64,000 bases of DNA from a virus (Duplodnaviria > Caudoviricetes), in IMG/VR virus record IMGVR_UViG_3300028914_000059, positions 116,071 to 180,070 of that record, one strand, 5' to 3'. A program made the translations under genes and the position numbers. The notes under the pieces were generated by a model. That model did no database searches and was not told the DNA's origin. It worked only from the letters and a program-made list of their open reading frames with translations. Below, one piece after another: positions 56,968 to 64,000 of the stretch (the first letter of the stretch is position 1; every line of letters begins with the position of its first letter).

Positions 56968-59919
56968 TCAAGAAAGTATTCTATAACTGACTTGATCTAA
57001 AATAGATTTTTCCTGCATATTTCTGTAGTTTCTAGCACCATTTTCAGCATTAAGTGTCAGCTTAAAATCCGACATTTTAATGCCAGATGACTCCTCAGAA
57101 TTAACAGCATTTGATAAATTACCACCGGTACTGGATTGCACCTTTGCAGAAGCTATCAATGACGGATTCACTTCTGAAAGAGAAATGTCTAACTTTGGAT
57201 CGAACAGTCTAGAGTTAAACGCCTGGGATTGTATTGTACTACCGGATGAATAATCAAGTACACCGTATAGTTTTGTCTTTTTAACTTCTTTATCTATCGC
57301 GGCATCCTTCTTAGCTGCTACATCTTCAAGTGCAGCATCTGAAATCAAGTCCCCACTGACTGTTTCCATAAAAGCAGCGAATCTGCTTTCTGCATCAGGA
57401 TCTACATCTGGATGCGCCTGAGTTCTGTGATAACCTCTGTCTATTTCGCTATGTTCGGGGTCAGTCCACTCAGTAGCTAATGGAGTGTGACTAACAACAA
57501 GCATGGTAAAATTAACCTGGACGGACATGTTAGTAGTTGAGTTTTTCTGAACATTCATACTCAGAACAAATCCTTCAATAATTTGATCGGTATATACAAG
57601 AACTATTCTGCTGTCATTTTTTATCGCAGCACTACCCCGCAGGTAATTATCATACCAGTATTTAAAGTCGTTGTACCACTGCTGGTTTTTAGTATCCATT
57701 AAAATACCAGATAAATTTAAAGTAGTTGGTCTACGACCAAAAAACTGTACCAGAGTATCACCGTTCAATGACTGGAATATAGAGTACTTTTCTTCATCTA
57801 CTTCCTGAACATCGGTAAGCAGGAAGCAATCTACATATATCTGATCTATCCCATTAGAGCCAGCAGTAGTATTGTCCTGTCTATATATTCTAAGAGATGC
57901 GGGGGAGTCTACCTTCTCAACTAAACCTAATGGCCCCAAAGCACCATACTCATTACGCTCTCTTTTATCTATGTTCATAGACGCATCCACATCTAACTTC
58001 TCCATCTTAGAAGAAAACGTAGTTGCTGGATTTCTCATAGTAGTATGATACTGCAGGCTGTCTACCTTATTTCTAGCCTGAGCCAGTTTATTCTGTTTAA
58101 CCTTTTCAGATATCGCAGTCATTACCTTATCTTTATCAGTCAATCCTCCAAGCACTTCATTCGGTATCCCAGCAAACTGACCAACTATCCCAGCCTGGCT
58201 CATCGCTGCCGCCATTATGTTATTAACATTGTCTTTTATGTTTTGCCCGGATATTTTATAATTAGCATCATTAAAAGCATCTTTTAGTTCTTTAGAATCG
58301 AATTTGGACCCTTGACACTCTGAAAAGGAAGCTATAATATCTTCTGGTGTTATAAGCGATTCTATGGTTGTTATATAATCAGAGCCGGTTTGTTCAGCAG
58401 ACACTTTAACTGTACCATATTTTTTAGTTAACACTGATTCTTTTTTTAATGGGGCCAGCCAGTTATCCACAGCTTTTAAAAATTCTTCAGATATGTCTTT
58501 ACCTGTAAAAGTGACAACACTGAGATTAGAAGACAATGCACTATCTCCGACTCCAGTAAACGCAACAGCGTATGGGGAACTGGAAGTAATTATAGATACA
58601 TTTGGTTTAGTTTTACTATAAACAGCCCTAGTAACATACTCAGCAGGAACATCATAAAACCCTATATACTCACAAAGCTTTACTAGATCTAATGAAATAC
58701 TTGAAATGATGCTGCTTGTAGCGTCTTCTAAGGGGGTTCTATCTCCACTGGCAAATTTTTCTTCAGCTGCAGCTACAGCATTTTTTCCCAGGTCAAAAAA
58801 TTCAGTGTCGCAATAAGCTACTTTTCTACCAGTTAAACCAAGATAATCGTTATTAAAAAAGCCACTGCTCCAACTTGTTGTATTTATATTAACAGCACCA
58901 ATTAATTCCAAAGCATGTTTCCATGTTGTATTATAGTTATCTGATCCAGAAGTAATATTCACCGACTCTTGACATCCCAATAAACTCAATAAATGAATGG
59001 GATCTCTTAAGCTTTCCTTTGCCTCATAACCTTTATTATAATCTGAAGCATATAGTTTAACCTTTATTGTAGCTTTGCCTGTTATATGATAAGTAGTAAA
59101 AAAGTCCTTCTTATCTACCCACCACTGAGAAACTTTATTTTTGCTTTCATAGTAATCTACTGCTTGACTTAAGTATGTAGTAGAAGCTATTTCTTCCGCA
59201 GAAAGTGCTTCTTTTATATAGTAAATATAAGAAGATACATCATTAAACTCTATATCCTTTATCAGTGCACCATCAGGTCTGGTTATCTCTGTAATATATT
59301 GATTATCTATAATATTATTGTTATATAAAGGTCGATCTAACGTGACTATATATTTTGGACTACTATATTTAAACTCAATGGATGGCTGATTCATAGCTTT
59401 AGATAAAAAAGTAAGTTTAAATTTAATAATAATATCTAATGTTATCTCAAGTTTAGTACTATCTCCGGCCACAATGGATATCTTTATAGGAATAGAGTGG
59501 TTGGGTATACCATCTCCAGCAAAAATTAATGAACCTGTATTTTTATCATAAAAAGATATATCTACAACCATATCTTCCAATTCTTTATCTGCAAAATAAT
59601 CGGAAGATCTATAATAAATACTGCCATAGTCATTTTTATTTAAACTAGTCAGTACTTGGCTCAAACTTTTAATAGGGTTATTAGAGAAAAACGAAGCCAT
59701 ATGTTCATATAATAGTTCTTTAGTGATTGTTGATATAACTCTACCACAGGGCATTGTAAATGGCGCAAACCAGGTTTTTAGTTCTTTTTCTATTAAAAAT
59801 TTACAAATACTTTCATCCTTATACGTAGGATCCTTAGTATGATCAGATTTAATTTGAGTAATTAAATCACTTTTACTTCTAGGTATTATATTATTCCCAC
59901 CGTCTCTTTTGATACCCAT
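56968..59919 (-). CDS. tail/baseplate structural protein
   Basis: 983 aa; FFG.RP....SG.L tail-tube-like segment; operon context. Confidence 0.6.
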   Translation of the reverse strand: MGIKRDGGNNIIPRSKSDLITQIKSDHTKDPTYKDESICKFLIEKELKTWFAPFTMPCGRVISTITKELLYEHMASFFSNNPIKSLSQVLTSLNKNDYGSIYYRSSDYFADKELEDMVVDISFYDKNTGSLIFAGDGIPNHSIPIKISIVAGDSTKLEITLDIIIKFKLTFLSKAMNQPSIEFKYSSPKYIVTLDRPLYNNNIIDNQYITEITRPDGALIKDIEFNDVSSYIYYIKEALSAEEIASTTYLSQAVDYYESKNKVSQWWVDKKDFFTTYHITGKATIKVKLYASDYNKGYEAKESLRDPIHLLSLLGCQESVNITSGSDNYNTTWKHALELIGAVNINTTSWSSGFFNNDYLGLTGRKVAYCDTEFFDLGKNAVAAAEEKFASGDRTPLEDATSSIISSISLDLVKLCEYIGFYDVPAEYVTRAVYSKTKPNVSIITSSSPYAVAFTGVGDSALSSNLSVVTFTGKDISEEFLKAVDNWLAPLKKESVLTKKYGTVKVSAEQTGSDYITTIESLITPEDIIASFSECQGSKFDSKELKDAFNDANYKISGQNIKDNVNNIMAAAMSQAGIVGQFAGIPNEVLGGLTDKDKVMTAISEKVKQNKLAQARNKVDSLQYHTTMRNPATTFSSKMEKLDVDASMNIDKRERNEYGALGPLGLVEKVDSPASLRIYRQDNTTAGSNGIDQIYVDCFLLTDVQEVDEEKYSIFQSLNGDTLVQFFGRRPTTLNLSGILMDTKNQQWYNDFKYWYDNYLRGSAAIKNDSRIVLVYTDQIIEGFVLSMNVQKNSTTNMSVQVNFTMLVVSHTPLATEWTDPEHSEIDRGYHRTQAHPDVDPDAESRFAAFMETVSGDLISDAALEDVAAKKDAAIDKEVKKTKLYGVLDYSSGSTIQSQAFNSRLFDPKLDISLSEVNPSLIASAKVQSSTGGNLSNAVNSEESSGIKMSDFKLTLNAENGARNYRNMQEKSILDQVSYRILS

Positions 59920-59931
59920 GATCTGCCTCCA

Positions 59932-62900
59932 TTATAACCCCATTAGCTTAACTGTTACATTATTCAACAATAAACTGCCTTGATAGAATTTTTCCATAGC
60001 GGCGGCTGTTAATTTTTCTCCGCCCTTACCGTCTTTAGTAGTGGCTGCTACATCGCTTCCGGATTCTGGAGCCCCTTCTTTCATAATAGAATTAGCCCAT
60101 TTTTCAAAATGAATATCTTTTCTAATCTGTTCAAGATTTTTATCCTTGATAGCCTCACTATTTAAACCATAATCCTGGGCATGTTCCTTTATGTAATCCA
60201 GATCCACATCATCCTTTAAGAATATATCTGCCACTGCGGAATCCTGAATACCCAAACGAGACATTAAAGCACGTTTTGATCTTTCATCAGCACTGCCAGC
60301 TAATGCTTTACTGAAAGTAGCATAGGCTTCATCGGCACTTACCATGTAGTAGTTATCGAAAGCCTTCCCGCCTCCCGCACTATACCAATCCAGGAAACCT
60401 TTTTCATCTTCAGTCAAATCTTCAGCCTTCTTATCTTTTAAAGCATCTATTTTCTTAAAGAAAGAAGCCTGTGCTGCCTGCCTTACTTTTTCAGTAGATT
60501 TACTAAAGAACTGGAAAAAGCCACCAAGAGCAGTTGCGTTCTTCCTACCAGCATCAGATAGTTTCCTACGCAACATATCCTTGAGATAGCTTCTTGTACC
60601 CTTAGCACCAATCTTATCGGCTATAAGAAGCGCCTTATCACGTTCTTCATAGCTTAAAGCATTCTCGCCATGTTCACCTATTCTTTTAAAGGCATCCGCT
60701 AAAATATCTTTTTCCTCTTCAGAAATACCGTTATTTGCATCTTTCATGAAATTAATAAGATCCTTGGTTTCATCCCAGTCATAACCAGAACCTTCTCCAT
60801 CATCAAATAACTGCATATCTGCACCAAACCAGTCATACCCTAACGATGTACTAGCCGCAGCATCACTAGAGAGTATAAGATTTTCTATAGGATTGTTGAC
60901 ATCTAAAGCTAAATTAGAACCTAAAGCTCTACCTATATTTTTAGCACCTTTATATAAACCAACAACAAGTCCAGACAGGCCACCAATAACTCCACCAGCT
61001 TTTGTAGTTCTTTGGGTTACCCAGGTGCTAGCATCGAATAACCATGAGACAGTATTTTTTACAGCATTTACACGGCCTAGATTAGATAGGACACCCCCAC
61101 CAATCTTGAGTGCCCCACCTATATAACCGTGTCCAGCTGCCGTAAGGCCAGTACCTATGTCATTCATTAACGAACCAGCAAAGCCCACAAAGCCCTTTTT
61201 GCCGATTCTATCGTCCGTTAAAGCTATATTAGTTCCAAATAACGCATTTACTCCTTGGACCCAATAATTAGCTGTAGACTTAGCTAATTCGGCCTCTAAT
61301 ACTTTTCCAGTCAGATATCCAGCGGCAGTACCTCCAGCTGCTCCGGCACCAGTATACCCAAGAACTGTTACAGCTGCTTTAGTTGCATTACCCCAAAAAC
61401 CATAATCACTGTCTGCTATTTTCGCTAGCCTATCCCTATCATTCATAAATTTAGCAGTATCACCGGACTGCAGTGATTTTATAGTTTCTCCCTTATATGT
61501 TACATTTCCAGTAATCTTTTTTATGAAATTAGTAGCATCGACAGACCCATCAGCATTACTCATCACCTGACCTAAAACATAGCTATAATTCTTAAGATCT
61601 TCTTCACTGGTTAAATTTATAGATTCACCTTTACCCGCTTTGTACATTATATCTAGCATATCTTTGTATTTAGCGGTGTCCTTATCAAAAGACATAAATG
61701 AGGTATTAACCAGAGCCTCCATGCTGCCTTCTTCTTTAGCGTTAGCTCTACTTGCCTGAGCCATAACCTTTTGGAGACCAGAATCTTTCTTAGTGGCAGC
61801 ATCCATAGATCCTCTGTTTATCCAATTCTGAACAGAAGCCATGTCATTTATATTATCACTGACAAAACCTTTTTCTTTGCGTAATCTATATTTTATATCA
61901 GCAGAAGTCAAACTCAATTTCTGGATGTCTATATCAGCATCGCTATAACCTTTAAAGAATTTATCAACTGCAGCACGGCTATGTCCTCTGCGAACAAGAT
62001 AATCTTCTATACTGCGTGGACCCTCAGTATTAAATAATGTATTAAAACCTATAGTAGCTATACCAAGAGTATAACCCTCGAAAGCTTCAGTAAAGCTGAT
62101 ACGTTGGTCGGCAACTTTCTGTCTGGCCGAACGAGCCGCAGCAGCTTTTTCATCATATTCCATAGCATCATAGCCACCATTTAACCCTTTAGCCAGAATA
62201 GCCCTTATTTTTGGATCAAAACCATACTGCGCCATAGCCTCTCTTAAAGCACCATCCCTAGTCAAGGCTCGTGCACCTGGATTAAATCTATTATGCCTGT
62301 TCTGCACCTGGGAGATCAATACAGAATACAGGTCTGAATCGGATATTTCGCCATTTTGAATCATTTCCTGAACATCTGGCATGGCCGCCTGAAAAGCGCC
62401 ACCACGCATTATTCTACCATTCTGTCTCCAGTTACGAGAGAAATTATTGACGAAATTAGTTCTGCTCTGTTCCTGTTCTGCTAATACTGCACTGTCTCCA
62501 GAGGCAGCAGCACGGAGTCTTGATCGGTCAAAATGTTTTACACCATTGTCATCATAATAAACGCCCATGGCAAGTTCTGCCTGGACAGCCTGATCACCGA
62601 ACATCTGCATTCTGGCATTGGCCAATGCTGTAACAGCTCCGGGTTCCCCACCGAGTCTGAACAAATCTTCGCGACTGAGTTCTCCAGAACGTATGGCCCT
62701 ACCCATCAGAAGTCTGCTATCTGTCATAGCTCGTGAACTGAATACAGAGTTAAAGCCATACTGCTGACCTAACTTGACACCTGCCTGGCTCTCCATCATA
62801 ACAGTACTTAAATCTGTTCCTGTAGCTGCAGCAGCCCTGTATTTATGCATAATATTATCTGAGATTGTCCCTAGATTATATATGCCCTCATTCTGTTGAA

Positions 62901-63945
62901 TACTGCCTACAAGAGCCATTACTTCGCCTTTGGATTTCTGTATCAGCTTACTAAGCTTTTCTACGACTTTAACAGTTTCTTTGAACTTCTTTTCAAAGTC
63001 ATCTATGGACTTGCTCATGTCGAACATACCCATATCGGTACCTACACTGAGCATTGATTTTAGTTCCTTAATTCTCTCAGTATAAGCAGTCCTGCCATAG
63101 AAAGAATATTTACCACCACCCATGACAGAAGATCTGCGAGCATAATCTTCTGCCATTCTATCTATCATATCAACAGTACGATCTCTTTGGGCAGCTGTCA
63201 TGCCACCCTCTATCCCCATACCACTGGAAGCAGAACCAAATCTTAATATTCTATCAGATTTAGCGATCATCTCACGTCTGATATCGTTATTAAGTTTATA
63301 TTCATCCCAGAAAGATCTAACGTAGTTCTGGCCCTGCCCGGATAATTCTCCAGCCAGCATAAAGGAAGGCAGTGTAAACATACCGGAGATATTTCCTATG
63401 GTGCCGCCAGCTTTTGGTAATAGATAATTAATGCCCCCTGAAATGGAGGCCCCTGCCTGCTTCCAGTCAATACCTGTTGATCGTCCAGTCAGACCTGTGG
63501 ATATTGTGTCTATCAGACCCCCACCTATTCTGGTGGCTGTATTAGCGGCAAACCCAAACAACTTACCACCACCCCAACCAACAGCCTTGCCTGCAGTAGT
63601 AAAGCCCTTACTCCACATGTCATTTACTAACCCCATACCAGGCAATCTCGGCAAGAGTTCGTAGCCTACATGCCAACCAGCGATGCCAGAGACTAATTCA
63701 CCAACACTTTCAAGTGGAGATAGCAGCATTTCCTGCGCTGCCATAGCTCGTTCCTCGTTATATTGTTTACGGGTATACCCCGCGGGCAATATAGCATTAG
63801 TATTAAGATAATGACCTAAAACGTCACCGTATCCCCAAGTAGCCTGATAGGCACTACTTCCTGCATTAGCCATCATAAGCTGACTTACTTCACCAGCTCC
63901 CGGTGGCATCCATTCTGACTGTGGGTATTGAATAGGGGGTATCAT
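59932..63945 (-). CDS. tape-measure-like protein
   Basis: 1337 aa, helical, Ala/Gly-rich with hydrophobic segments; upstream of baseplate genes. Confidence 0.65.
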   Translation of the reverse strand: MIPPIQYPQSEWMPPGAGEVSQLMMANAGSSAYQATWGYGDVLGHYLNTNAILPAGYTRKQYNEERAMAAQEMLLSPLESVGELVSGIAGWHVGYELLPRLPGMGLVNDMWSKGFTTAGKAVGWGGGKLFGFAANTATRIGGGLIDTISTGLTGRSTGIDWKQAGASISGGINYLLPKAGGTIGNISGMFTLPSFMLAGELSGQGQNYVRSFWDEYKLNNDIRREMIAKSDRILRFGSASSGMGIEGGMTAAQRDRTVDMIDRMAEDYARRSSVMGGGKYSFYGRTAYTERIKELKSMLSVGTDMGMFDMSKSIDDFEKKFKETVKVVEKLSKLIQKSKGEVMALVGSIQQNEGIYNLGTISDNIMHKYRAAAATGTDLSTVMMESQAGVKLGQQYGFNSVFSSRAMTDSRLLMGRAIRSGELSREDLFRLGGEPGAVTALANARMQMFGDQAVQAELAMGVYYDDNGVKHFDRSRLRAAASGDSAVLAEQEQSRTNFVNNFSRNWRQNGRIMRGGAFQAAMPDVQEMIQNGEISDSDLYSVLISQVQNRHNRFNPGARALTRDGALREAMAQYGFDPKIRAILAKGLNGGYDAMEYDEKAAAARSARQKVADQRISFTEAFEGYTLGIATIGFNTLFNTEGPRSIEDYLVRRGHSRAAVDKFFKGYSDADIDIQKLSLTSADIKYRLRKEKGFVSDNINDMASVQNWINRGSMDAATKKDSGLQKVMAQASRANAKEEGSMEALVNTSFMSFDKDTAKYKDMLDIMYKAGKGESINLTSEEDLKNYSYVLGQVMSNADGSVDATNFIKKITGNVTYKGETIKSLQSGDTAKFMNDRDRLAKIADSDYGFWGNATKAAVTVLGYTGAGAAGGTAAGYLTGKVLEAELAKSTANYWVQGVNALFGTNIALTDDRIGKKGFVGFAGSLMNDIGTGLTAAGHGYIGGALKIGGGVLSNLGRVNAVKNTVSWLFDASTWVTQRTTKAGGVIGGLSGLVVGLYKGAKNIGRALGSNLALDVNNPIENLILSSDAAASTSLGYDWFGADMQLFDDGEGSGYDWDETKDLINFMKDANNGISEEEKDILADAFKRIGEHGENALSYEERDKALLIADKIGAKGTRSYLKDMLRRKLSDAGRKNATALGGFFQFFSKSTEKVRQAAQASFFKKIDALKDKKAEDLTEDEKGFLDWYSAGGGKAFDNYYMVSADEAYATFSKALAGSADERSKRALMSRLGIQDSAVADIFLKDDVDLDYIKEHAQDYGLNSEAIKDKNLEQIRKDIHFEKWANSIMKEGAPESGSDVAATTKDGKGGEKLTAAAMEKFYQGSLLLNNVTVKLMGL

Positions 63946-64000
63946 AGATCTTTAGTTAAATCCTTAGATTAGAATTCTTTAGTTGAGATTTGAGAATAAG

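Noticed and set aside
26543-63664. Numerous antisense shadow ORFs over long genes
   Set aside because: They lie opposite well-supported genes, with no RBS or motifs

Overview
This 64 kb window looks like part of a large (probably jumbo) contractile-tailed bacteriophage genome using the standard genetic code. 1-2.9 kb: tRNA/ncRNA island with canonical tRNAs (Cys, Leu, Arg), several tRNA-like RNAs with abnormal anticodon arms, and a tandem gene duplication. 3-19 kb: small + strand accessory genes, many in promoter-leader-gene-terminator cassettes that share a GGTATAAG motif. Minus-strand Gly/Ala-rich 'KxA-motif' genes under sigma70-type promoters are interspersed here and continue to 23 kb. 23-40 kb: class II ribonucleotide reductase with an active-site mini-intein, a ThyX-like gene, HTH and Zn-finger proteins, and a five-gene uncharacterised module. 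40-48 kb: the most notable locus, an apparently complete phage-encoded ubiquitin-like conjugation operon (1690-aa protein with an E2-like Cys motif, JAB peptidase, ThiF/E1, 69-aa Ubl ending -KGN). 48-64 kb: minus-strand tail/baseplate operon (baseplate J-like, gp25-like, M23-fused hub, tape-measure-like) with an embedded sigma factor. All calls were made by eye from motifs and base pairing; no searches or folding programs were run.
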